Assembly: GCA_014946745.1 (NCBI GenBank)
Contig: JADCRD010000001.1
Span: forward strand, 1,360,427-1,424,426
DNA length: 64,000 bases
Source: Lysobacterales bacterium
Lineage (GTDB): Bacteria > Pseudomonadota > Gammaproteobacteria > Xanthomonadales > Xanthomonadaceae
Direction: 5' to 3'
The position numbers were made by a program, and so were the translations under genes. The stretch's first letter is position 1, and every line of letters starts with the position of its first letter. The notes beneath the pieces are model-generated. The model ran no database searches. It saw only the letters and a list, made by a program, of their open reading frames with translations, and was not told the DNA's origin. Below are positions 54,024 to 64,000 of this stretch, piece after piece.

Positions 54024-54141
54024 GGGCGGCTGCGATTCGCAGGACGGTCATCCCCGCTCCGGCGGGGATGACCGGCCTCTTTGCGAGGGGCATGGGCAGG
54101 TGCCTTCGCTCGGCCGACAGAGCCCAGGCGCGCGTACGCTC

Positions 54142-54188
54142 ATCCCGAATCCCGAATCCCGAATCCCGAATCCCGAATCCCGAATCCC
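54142..54188. repeat. heptamer microsatellite (ATCCCGA)x~6.5, longest array of the family
   Basis: TCATCCCGAATCCCGAATCCCGAATCCCGAATCCCGAATCCCGG between the convergent protease and ABC permease genes. G-rich on the minus strand. Confidence 0.9.
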
Positions 54189-54193
54189 GGCCC

Positions 54194-55471
54194 TCAGCCC
54201 TGATGCCGCAGCGCCTCGATCGGGTCGAGCTGGGCCGCCTTGCGCGCCGGGTAGTAGCCGAAGAACAGTCCGGTGGCGACAGCGAAGCCGGTGGCGAGTG
54301 CGATCACCTCGAAGCTGAGTTCGACGGGCAGGGCGCCGATGCGGCCGGCCAGCAGGGCACCGGCGATGCCGATGGCGATGCCAATGATGCCGCCGCCCAG
54401 CGAGATCATCATGGCCTCGGCGAGGAACTGCCGCTGGATCTCCTTCGGCCCGGCACCGACCGCCATGCGCAAACCGATCTCGCGGATCCTCTCGGTCACC
54501 GAGACCAGCATGATGTTCATGATGCCGATGCCGCCCACCACCAGCGAAATGCCGGCGACGGCGCCGAGCAGCATGGACATGAGGCGGGTGGTCTCGTTGC
54601 GCGCGCTTACCAGCTGGGTCAGGTTGCGGACGATGAAGTCGTCCTCGCCGCCGGGCGGAATCTTGTGGGTTTCCTTGAGCACGGCGTTGAGGTCGGCCTC
54701 GACCTTGGCCATGTCCTTCGACGAGGCTGTGCCGACGACGATGCCCTGCACGGTGCCGGGCGGCAGCTGCATCTGACCCATCAGCCGGCGGCGTGCGGTG
54801 TCGAGGGGCACGAACACGGTGTCGTCCTGATCGCCGCCCCAGCCGCTTTGGCCCTTCGGATTCGCCACGCCGACGACAGTGAAGGGCACGCGGCCGATGC
54901 GGATGGTGGCGCCGATCGGATCGTCCTCGCCAAACAGCTTCTCGCGCACAGTCTGGCCCAGCACCACCACGGTGTCGGTGCCGTCGAAGCCTGCCAGCTC
55001 GCCTTCGTCGCCCGCAGACAGGGTCCAGTCGAGAATGCGGAAGAAGTCCGGCTGCACACCCTGCCACTGGGTGCTCCAGTTCTGCTCGGCCTGGATCACC
55101 TGCGCGCCGCCGCGCACCGTGGCGCTGACGAAGCGCGCTTCAGGAATGCGCTCGCGGATGGCCTCGACGTCGTCCATCGTCAGCGAGAAGATGCTGCCTG
55201 CGCCCATCCGCACGGCCCCCTGACGGCCCCAGTTGGGCATCACGTCGATGCGGTTCGAGCCGAGTCGCGAGATGGTCTGGTCGAGCTGGGCCTGGGTGCC
55301 CTGGCCGACCGACACCATCACGATGACCGCTGCGATGCCGATGATCACGCCGAGCGCGGTCAGCGTGCTGCGCAGCCAGTTGCCGCGCAGCGCGAACAGG
55401 GCCATGTAGAGGATGTCGCGGAAGCGCACGCGCCCCGGCGGCACGAAGGTCTGCGGCGGGTTCGGGCTCAT
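54194..55471 (-). CDS. ABC transporter permease, MacB/FtsX-like (4 TM + large periplasmic domain)
   Basis: N-terminal TM, ~220-aa periplasmic MacB_PCD-like region, C-terminal FtsX 3-TM bundle (LLGAVAGISLVVGGIGIMNIMLVSVTERIREIG). Confidence 0.85.
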   Translation of the reverse strand: MSPNPPQTFVPPGRVRFRDILYMALFALRGNWLRSTLTALGVIIGIAAVIVMVSVGQGTQAQLDQTISRLGSNRIDVMPNWGRQGAVRMGAGSIFSLTMDDVEAIRERIPEARFVSATVRGGAQVIQAEQNWSTQWQGVQPDFFRILDWTLSAGDEGELAGFDGTDTVVVLGQTVREKLFGEDDPIGATIRIGRVPFTVVGVANPKGQSGWGGDQDDTVFVPLDTARRRLMGQMQLPPGTVQGIVVGTASSKDMAKVEADLNAVLKETHKIPPGGEDDFIVRNLTQLVSARNETTRLMSMLLGAVAGISLVVGGIGIMNIMLVSVTERIREIGLRMAVGAGPKEIQRQFLAEAMMISLGGGIIGIAIGIAGALLAGRIGALPVELSFEVIALATGFAVATGLFFGYYPARKAAQLDPIEALRHQG

Positions 55472-56160
55472 CGGGGCAGCTCCTTCAGTTCGCCGTCGTG
55501 CATGGACAGCACGCGATCCGCGCGTGCCGCCACATCGGGATCATGGGTGATCAGCACAATGGTGTGGCCCTGCGCCTGCAGGTTCTGGAACAGCTTGAGG
55601 ATCTCCTCGCCGGTGCGCGAATCGAGCGCGCCGGTGGGCTCATCGGCGAGCAGGATCGGCGCACGGTTGATCAGCGCGCGGGCGATCGCCACGCGCTGCT
55701 GCTGGCCGCCGGAGAGCTCGCTGGGGCGGTGCTTGCCGCGGTCGGCCAAGCCCACCTCGGCGAGGGCCTGCTGGGCGCGTTCGCGGCGCAGCTGCGGCGG
55801 CACGCCGGCATAGGTCAAGGGCAGCATCACGTTGTCCAGCGCCGACATGCGGCTCAGCAGATGGAAGCCCTGGAAGACGAAGCCGATCTTCTCCAGCCGA
55901 AGGCGCGCGCGGCCGGCGGCGTCGAGTTCGGCGACATCGACGCCGTCGCAGAGGTAGCGGCCGGCGCTGGGTGAGTCGAGGCAGCCGATCAGGTTCATCA
56001 AGGTCGACTTGCCCGAGCCGGAGGGGCCGATGATGGCGACGAACTCGCCGTGGGCGATGTCAAAGCTGACGCCGCGCAGGGCGACAACTTCTGCGGCGGT
56101 GCCTTCGGCGTAGACCTTGCGCAGGTCAGAGCAGTGGATGACGGGCGCGGCAGCCGTCAT
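55468..56160 (-). CDS. ABC transporter ATP-binding protein, MacB/LolD-type
   Basis: Walker A GPSGSGKST, signature LSGGQQQRVAIARAL, Walker B ILLADEPT. Stop overlaps the permease start. Confidence 0.9.
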   Translation of the reverse strand: MTAAAPVIHCSDLRKVYAEGTAAEVVALRGVSFDIAHGEFVAIIGPSGSGKSTLMNLIGCLDSPSAGRYLCDGVDVAELDAAGRARLRLEKIGFVFQGFHLLSRMSALDNVMLPLTYAGVPPQLRRERAQQALAEVGLADRGKHRPSELSGGQQQRVAIARALINRAPILLADEPTGALDSRTGEEILKLFQNLQAQGHTIVLITHDPDVAARADRVLSMHDGELKELPR

Positions 56161-57650
56161 GCGCCGCCCTCGGTGCCGGTGATCACGGCATCACCCTCGG
56201 CGAGCGCGCTGCCGACGATCTCGGTGTGGCTGCTGTCCGACAGGCCTGCTCGCGTCTGCACGGCTTCCGGTCTGCCGTCGCGCAGCACATAGACCGTGAC
56301 GGCGCGCGCGTTGACCAGCTCACTGAGCTGGGCATCGAAGCGCTGCTGCTGAGTTTCGTCGAGTGTGGCGAGGAATCCCGCGTAGCCCTCACGGATGCGT
56401 GCCGTCATGCCGGCCGCGATCTGCGCCTGGCTGGGGCCGCCGCCGCCCATCGCGAACATGGGGCCGCCGCCGCCCCCGCTGCCCTGGGCCATGCGCTGCT
56501 GGATCTGCTGGCGCATGCGTTCGGCGCGCTCGCGCGCCGCGGTGGCGTCGGCCTCGAAGGCGGCCTGCTGCTCCGGCTTGAGTTCCAGTCCCATGGCGAT
56601 GCGGGCGAGGTCGTCGGCGAGGTTGCCGCCGCCGAACATGCGGGCCATCGGATTCTCGGCGGGCGCGTCGGTCGGCTTGAAGCGCAGCGCCGCGTTGGGC
56701 ACGCGCAGCACCCCGCGGCGCTCGCTGACCTCGATGCTCGCGTTGGCCGTCATGCCGGGCAGCAGGCTGAAGTCGGGATTGTCGACGGCGATGATGACCG
56801 GGTAGGTGATGACGTTCTGGGTGTTCACCGCGGCGAGCCGCACCTGCTTGACCTCGCCGCGGAAGTCGCGGCCGGCGAAGGCATCCACCGTGAACTTCAC
56901 CGGTTGACCCGGGCGGATCTGGCCGACGTCGCTTTCGTCGACGCTGAGCTCGATCTGCATCTGGCTCAGGTCCTCGGCGATCTGGAACAGCACCGGCGAC
57001 TGGAAGCTGGCGGCCACGGTCTGACCGGGCTCGGCCGTGCGGCTCAGCACCACGCCGTCGACCGGCGCGCGGATGACCGTGTAGGCGAGGTCGAGCTCGG
57101 CATTGGCCACGTTGGCTTCGGCCTGCTCGATCTGCGCATGGGCGGAGGCCACGCGCGCCACCGCCTGTTCGCGGGCGGCAACGGCGAGATCCACTTCAGC
57201 GCGCGAGACGAGCTGGCGTCCAATCAGCTCCTGCTTGCGCGCGTAGTCGGCCTCGGCGTTCTTCTGGGCGGCCATCGCCTCTTGCAGGCTGGCGCGCGCG
57301 CTGGCGAGCGCGGCGCGGGTCTGGGTCAGACGCGCCTGGTAGTTGGCCGGGTCGAGACGGGCGATGACCTGGTCGCGGGTCACGCGATCATTGAAGTCGA
57401 CCAGCACCTCCAGGATCTGCCCGGACACCTGTGAACCGATGTCCACCGTCGACAGCGCCTTGAGGGCGCCTGTCGCGGAGATGGCGACCCGCAGGTCGCC
57501 CCGCTCCAGAGGCGCGCTTCTGTAGCTGAGTGCCGTGTCCTCACGCAGGGTCGTCCAGTAGTAGCCGCCGCCAAGCACGCTGGCGAAGACGGCCGCATAG
57601 GCGAACAGGGCAGGGCGGAATCGACGGGAGGCAGCGGAGCGCGAAGTCAT
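56157..57650 (-). CDS. HlyD/MacA-family periplasmic adaptor with a Gly/Gln-rich insertion and extended C-terminal domain
   Basis: N-terminal TM, coiled-coil hairpin, lipoyl/beta-barrel motifs (VKFTVDAFAGRDFRGEVKQVRL). Unusual (G)n/Q-rich segment (QGSGGGGGPMFAMGGGGPSQAQ) followed by an extra ~90-aa C-terminal region. Confidence 0.8.
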   Translation of the reverse strand: MTSRSAASRRFRPALFAYAAVFASVLGGGYYWTTLREDTALSYRSAPLERGDLRVAISATGALKALSTVDIGSQVSGQILEVLVDFNDRVTRDQVIARLDPANYQARLTQTRAALASARASLQEAMAAQKNAEADYARKQELIGRQLVSRAEVDLAVAAREQAVARVASAHAQIEQAEANVANAELDLAYTVIRAPVDGVVLSRTAEPGQTVAASFQSPVLFQIAEDLSQMQIELSVDESDVGQIRPGQPVKFTVDAFAGRDFRGEVKQVRLAAVNTQNVITYPVIIAVDNPDFSLLPGMTANASIEVSERRGVLRVPNAALRFKPTDAPAENPMARMFGGGNLADDLARIAMGLELKPEQQAAFEADATAARERAERMRQQIQQRMAQGSGGGGGPMFAMGGGGPSQAQIAAGMTARIREGYAGFLATLDETQQQRFDAQLSELVNARAVTVYVLRDGRPEAVQTRAGLSDSSHTEIVGSALAEGDAVITGTEGGA

Positions 57651-58046
57651 GAAGGGGGAGTGCTCAGGCAGAGTGAGGAGGGTTGCGAATGCAACGCGGC
57701 GAAGACCGCGATCCGTCGTAGTGAGTTCAGCGCAGGCGATCTCAGGCGCTCAGGATCTCGCTTCCGCGGGTGCGCGGCGATGCCCGATGGTCATGCGCGA
57801 GCCGAAGGGCAAGTCGTGTCGACCGGTGTCCAGGGCCGGCCGTGAAGTTCATGCTCTGGCTTCGCGGTTGTGGGCAAACCCTCGCGTGGACTACACTTTC
57901 GCGCCCCTCCGGCCGGCCTGCCTTTCGCTCGCAGCCTTCGAGGCGGCAAACCCACACCCCCACCACGGCGGTCCTCGCGGTGCTCCGCGCGTGCGTTTTC
58001 GCATGCATTCCGGGGTTCCTGCGGTTCCCGCATCCAAGAGGTTCAC

Positions 58047-58307
58047 ATGTCCATCGACACCCAGAAGATCATCGAAGATTTCAAGCGCGGCCCCGGCGAC
58101 ACCGGCTCCCCGGAAGTGCAGGTGGCCCTGCTGTCGGCTCGCATCGAGCAGCTGACCGAGCACTTCAAGATCCACAAGCTTGACCACCACGGCCGTCGCG
58201 GTCTGATCCGCTTGGTCAACCAGCGCCGTCGCCTCCTGAGCTATCTCAAATCCAAGGACGGCGATCGCTACAAGACGCTCATCGAGCGCCTCGGCATCCG
58301 TCGCTAA
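58047..58307 (+). CDS. rpsO: 30S ribosomal protein S15
   Basis: [68 protein letters not shown] is canonical S15 (87 aa including the initiator Met). AAGAGG SD upstream. Confidence 0.95.
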   Translation: MSIDTQKIIEDFKRGPGDTGSPEVQVALLSARIEQLTEHFKIHKLDHHGRRGLIRLVNQRRRLLSYLKSKDGDRYKTLIERLGIRR

Positions 58308-58328
58308 GCCCATAAGGGGACGTCAAAC

Positions 58329-60431
<2,103 letters not shown>

Positions 60432-60459
60432 TCCTCTTCGGAGTTTCGCCGACCTACGG

Positions 60460-60494
60460 AAAGGGCGGGCCGCGAGGCCTGCCCTTTCTGTTTT
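60460..60494 (+). terminator. rho-independent terminator after pnp
   Basis: AAAGGGCGGGCCgcgaGGCCTGCCCTTT stem followed by CTGTTTT. Confidence 0.75.
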
Positions 60495-60608
60495 CCGAAG
60501 CCTCCGCGCTGCGTCCCTCTGCCGCCGAAGCGAGGCCAATGGCACGGTCGCGCAGACGCGTGATCCGCTACAAGCTCGCGCACCCACTCGGCCGTACGGA
60601 CGCTATCG

Positions 60609-61067
60609 ATGCGCATCACCCCACGCCGCCTGCGCTGGATCTTCAATCTCTGGCCGCCGTTTCTGTTTGCCGGCATCCGCGTCGAGCACATCGCCTGCGA
60701 CTGGAGCCGCGCGCGGGTGCGCATGGATCTGCGCTGGTACAACCGCAACTACGTGCGCACCCACTTCGGCGGCAGTCTGTTCGCGATGACGGACCCGTTC
60801 TGGATGCTGCTGGCGATGGAGTCGCTGGGTCGGGAGTTCATCGTCTGGGACAAGGCCGGCGAGATCGAGTTCGTGAAACCCGGCCGAGGCCGCGTGCGCG
60901 CCGAGTTCCATCTGGAGCCCGAGCTGGTGCATCGGCTGCGCGAGCAGGCGCGAAGCGAGCGCAAGGTGCTGCACTGGTTCGAGACCGATGTGATCGACGA
61001 AGACGGCGACACCGTGGCGCGCGTGCGCAAGCAGCTCTACATCCGCCGCAAGCGCGAAGCGGATTGA
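60609..61067 (+). CDS. DUF4442-like hotdog-fold (thioesterase-like) protein
   Basis: 152 aa, MRITPRRLRWIFNLWPPFLFAGIRVEHI...FETDVIDEDGDTVARVRKQLYIRRKRE. Architecture resembles YiiD C-terminal / DUF4442 proteins. Confidence 0.5.
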   Translation: MRITPRRLRWIFNLWPPFLFAGIRVEHIACDWSRARVRMDLRWYNRNYVRTHFGGSLFAMTDPFWMLLAMESLGREFIVWDKAGEIEFVKPGRGRVRAEFHLEPELVHRLREQARSERKVLHWFETDVIDEDGDTVARVRKQLYIRRKREAD

Positions 61068-61143
61068 GCCCGGCCTCGGGCTCGCGGCGCGCGCGGCGCT
61101 CGCCTATGCTCGCGAGCCCGAACGTGATGGCGCCCGCTTCCGC

Positions 61144-63321
61144 ATGAGCTCCGATCCCGCCTTGGCCCCGGCTGCCGCCGACGGCCTGCCGCAGATCCAC
61201 GGTTACCGCGTCCTGCGCCCCTTGGGCCGCGGCGGCATGGCCGTGGTCTATCTGGCGGTGCAGCTGTCGCTGGACCGCGAGGTGGCGATCAAGGTGATGG
61301 CGCAGGACGCCAGCGTCGACGCCGAGCGCGCCGAGCGCTTCGAGCGCGAGGCCCGGATCATCGCGCGGCTGGAGCATCCCAGCATCGTCGGCATCCATGA
61401 GGTCGGCCGCACGCTCGACGGACGCCCCTACTACGTCATGCCGTATCTGGCGCGCGGCGATCTCGCGCAGCGCGACCTCAGCGCCGACGAGGACCAGGTC
61501 ATCGACGTGCTGACGGCCCTGCTCGACGCGCTGGGCTATGCGCATGCGCGCGGCATCGTGCATCGCGACGTCAAGCCCGAGAACGTTCTGTTCGACAGCG
61601 GCGGCCGCCCGCAGCTCGCCGATTTCGGCATTGCGCTTTCGCGACGCAGTGTGAATGCGCGCATCACCAGTGACGGCCTGGCGATGGGCTCGGGCGGCTA
61701 TATGAGCCCCGAGCAGTCGCGAGGCGAGGACGTCGACGGCCGCGCCGATCTCTACAGCTTGGGTGTGCTGACCTTCGAACTGCTCACCGGCGAGTTGCCG
61801 TTCCGGGCCAGCGACGCCTTGACCTTGGCGCTGATGCACGCGCAGAGCCCGGTGCCGCGCCTGCCGCAGGGCCTAGCGCACTGGCAGGGCTTCATCGATC
61901 AGGCCATGGCCAAGGACCCGCGTCGGCGCTTTCGCAACGCACATGCGATGCAGCGTGCGCTGGATGCGCTCGCGGCGCGCACGCTGTCTGGCTTCAACCT
62001 GCGGCGGATCTGGCTGCAGGCGCGCGCCCAGCCGTTGCGTTCGCCGCCGGTGCTCCTGCTGGCGGGGCTGTGTCTCAGCCTGGTGCTGGTGGTGGCGCTG
62101 GAGTCGAAGCGAGGCGATGCGCCGGATGCGGTCACGGAGCCCGCGGGCGAGATTGGAACCACGCTCGACCCCGCCGCTATCGCCGCTATCCAGCGTCGAC
62201 TGGACGAGGCCGCGCTGCAGCGGGCGCGTGGCGATCTCGTGACCCCTGCGGGTGCCAATGCGGCCGAGAGCTATCTTGCGGTGCTGCAGGCAGACCCGGC
62301 GCGGGAAGACGCCTTGCTGGGCCTCGACGCCGTCTTTGATGGACTCTCGCAGCGCGCTGTGGCTGCCTTGACTGAAGGCCGCGACGACGAGGCCCTGCAG
62401 CGCGTCGAGGAGGCGCGTCTCCTGGCCGATAGCGCGCGCCTGCACGCTCGGCCGGGCTGGCAGCGCTTTGCCGGCGCCTTGGGCGCGCTGATGCGCGAGC
62501 GCGTCGAAGCCAATCTGCGGGCGCTCGACCGCGAAGGTGCCGAAGCGCTGCTCAGACGCTGGCGGGAGCTGGGCGGCAGCGGTCCGGAGCTGGAAGCGCT
62601 GGCCGACCGCATCGCCGGGCTGCCGGCAGCGGGGATGCGCCTCGCGGATGCCGGCGCACCGCCGCTGCTGCTGGTGCCCGCGCGGCTTCCTGGTTCCCGG
62701 GTGGAGCGTCCCTTCGCGCTCATGCAGCGAGAGCTCACGCGCGCCGAGTACGCACGCTTTGCCGCAGCGACTCGTCGCGAGGCGGCACCCTGCCGGCGTC
62801 GCGACAGCCTCATTCCCTCGCCCTTCCGCCGTCGCTGGAACGCGCCCGGCTTCGAGCAGGCCGAGGATGAGCCGGTGGTCTGCATCAGTCAGGCCGACGC
62901 CCGTGCCTACGCGGCGTGGCTGAGTGCGCGCACCGGCGCTCGCTACCGCCTTCCCAGCCTGGGCGAATGGCGGCACGCCGCGCAGGCCGGACAGCGCCCC
63001 ACGCGCTGCGCCGAGGCCAACCTTGCCGAGCGCGACGGCTGCCGCGACAGCGTGCGCAACACCAGCGGTGCAGGGCGCTTCCGCGTCGACACGCTGGGTT
63101 TCGCCGATCTCACCGGCAATGTCGCCGAATGGTTGGCTGATTGCGCGCGGGGCTCCAACTGCGAGCGTCATCTGCTGGCCGGTGGATCCTGGCGCGAGAG
63201 CTTCGCGCCCGATCTGCGGCTCGCGGTGGCGGAGGGTGACAGCGGCCGCGGCTACGATGATGTCGGCCTGCGACTGCTGCGCGAGGTCGACGCCGACAAT
63301 CTTCCGACTGCCCAGCCCTGA
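61144..63321 (+). CDS. Ser/Thr protein kinase fused to a C-terminal formylglycine-generating-enzyme (FGE-sulfatase/SUMF1-like) domain
   Basis: Kinase motifs (LGRGGMAVVY, AIKVM, HRDVKPENVLF, DFGIAL, SPEQ). TM (PVLLLAGLCLSLVLVVAL). C-terminal FGE-like domain (VVCISQADARAYAAWLS...RLPSLGEWRHAAQAG...GNVAEWLADC...GGSWRE). Confidence 0.8.
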   Translation: MSSDPALAPAAADGLPQIHGYRVLRPLGRGGMAVVYLAVQLSLDREVAIKVMAQDASVDAERAERFEREARIIARLEHPSIVGIHEVGRTLDGRPYYVMPYLARGDLAQRDLSADEDQVIDVLTALLDALGYAHARGIVHRDVKPENVLFDSGGRPQLADFGIALSRRSVNARITSDGLAMGSGGYMSPEQSRGEDVDGRADLYSLGVLTFELLTGELPFRASDALTLALMHAQSPVPRLPQGLAHWQGFIDQAMAKDPRRRFRNAHAMQRALDALAARTLSGFNLRRIWLQARAQPLRSPPVLLLAGLCLSLVLVVALESKRGDAPDAVTEPAGEIGTTLDPAAIAAIQRRLDEAALQRARGDLVTPAGANAAESYLAVLQADPAREDALLGLDAVFDGLSQRAVAALTEGRDDEALQRVEEARLLADSARLHARPGWQRFAGALGALMRERVEANLRALDREGAEALLRRWRELGGSGPELEALADRIAGLPAAGMRLADAGAPPLLLVPARLPGSRVERPFALMQRELTRAEYARFAAATRREAAPCRRRDSLIPSPFRRRWNAPGFEQAEDEPVVCISQADARAYAAWLSARTGARYRLPSLGEWRHAAQAGQRPTRCAEANLAERDGCRDSVRNTSGAGRFRVDTLGFADLTGNVAEWLADCARGSNCERHLLAGGSWRESFAPDLRLAVAEGDSGRGYDDVGLRLLREVDADNLPTAQP

Positions 63322-63343
63322 CGCCCATGTCGAGTGCCAAGTG

Positions 63344-64000
63344 AATGCCCATGCCTTCCCCGTCTGAGCCTGGCGAACGCGGCAGCGCGGTCGAGAACCC
63401 GCCGCAGCGACGCTGGAACCTGCACATCCAGCGCTACCTGATCACCGGTGTGCTGACGGTGTTTCCTCTGTGGCTGACCTGGGTGGTGTTCGAGTTCCTC
63501 CTGCGTCAGCTCTCGCGCTTTGGCGCGCCCGTGGTGGATGCGCTCATGCATGCGCTGACGCGGGTTTTTCCGAGCTTTGGGCGCTTGTTCGATACCGGCT
63601 CACTGCGCTTCTCCCTGGCTGTAGTGCTGACCCTGCTCAGCCTGTATGCCCTGGGCTGGCTGGCCAATCGCGTGGTGGGCAAGCGCCTTCTGACCGCACT
63701 CGATGCCCTGATTGACCACATTCCGCTGGTCAAGGCGATCTATGGCGGGACCAAGAAGCTGTTGTCAGCGCTGCAGACCAAACCCGAAGGCGCCCAGCGC
63801 GTGGTGCTGATCGACTTTCCGCATCGCCAGATGAAGGTAATCGGCTTCGTCACCCGGATCATCCGCGAAGAGGGCACGGGCCGTGAACTGGCGGCCGTCT
63901 ACGTGCCGACCACGCCTAATCCCACGTCGGGATATCTCGAAATCGTGCCGGTGGAGTACCTCACACCGACCGAGTGGACCGTGGACCAGGCCATGGCCTT
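63344..64000 (+). CDS. DUF502-family membrane protein (3' end beyond the window)
   Basis: Two N-terminal TM helices followed by VVLIDFPHRQMKVIGFVTRII...AVYVPTTPNPTSGYLEIVPVEYL, the conserved DUF502 core. Not in the ORF track because the ORF runs off the window end. Confidence 0.6.

Overview
This is a high-GC (~68-70%) chromosomal segment. Its gene order matches a gammaproteobacterial core block (ndk-rlmN-pilF-rodZ-yfgM-bamB-der), and the split metH and several ECF-sigma/Ser-Thr-kinase genes suggest a Xanthomonadales/Lysobacter-like organism. That assignment is tentative. Nearly all credible genes are housekeeping: ndk, rlmN, der, folD, guaB, guaA, metE (behind a cobalamin riboswitch), a two-gene metH next to a SahR-like regulator, rpsO, pnp, a TatT-DctPQM TRAP transporter and a MacAB-type efflux set. 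Superimposed on this core are several accessory features. (1) A three-gene module encodes an NfeD/YqiJ-like membrane protein, a 699-aa flotillin (SPFH) protein and a giant 1732-aa AAA+ (AAA_5/MoxR-like) ATPase. A pair of inverted REP-like palindromes separates the flotillin gene from the ATPase gene. This is the best candidate for an uncharacterised system. (2) A ~3-kb low-GC islet sits downstream of guaA. It holds an intact IS1595-family element, a 213-bp MITE derived from the same IS with a perfect 8-bp target-site duplication, a 3' gene fragment next to the IS, and a low-GC 116-aa gene whose start overlaps the stop of a Ser/Thr kinase-TPR gene. (3) A dispersed family of G-tract heptamer microsatellites (GGGATTS)n occurs at five intergenic sites, including an inverted pair bracketing the guaB-guaA spacer. 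(4) There are three large Ser/Thr kinases (two kinase-TM-TPR, one kinase-FGE/sulfatase-modifying-like fusion) and two STK-associated ECF sigma factors. (5) A degenerate moeA'-moeB' pair has a rhodanese domain fused N-terminally to the E1-like enzyme. Many long antisense ORFs in the six-frame track are high-GC artefacts and were rejected.
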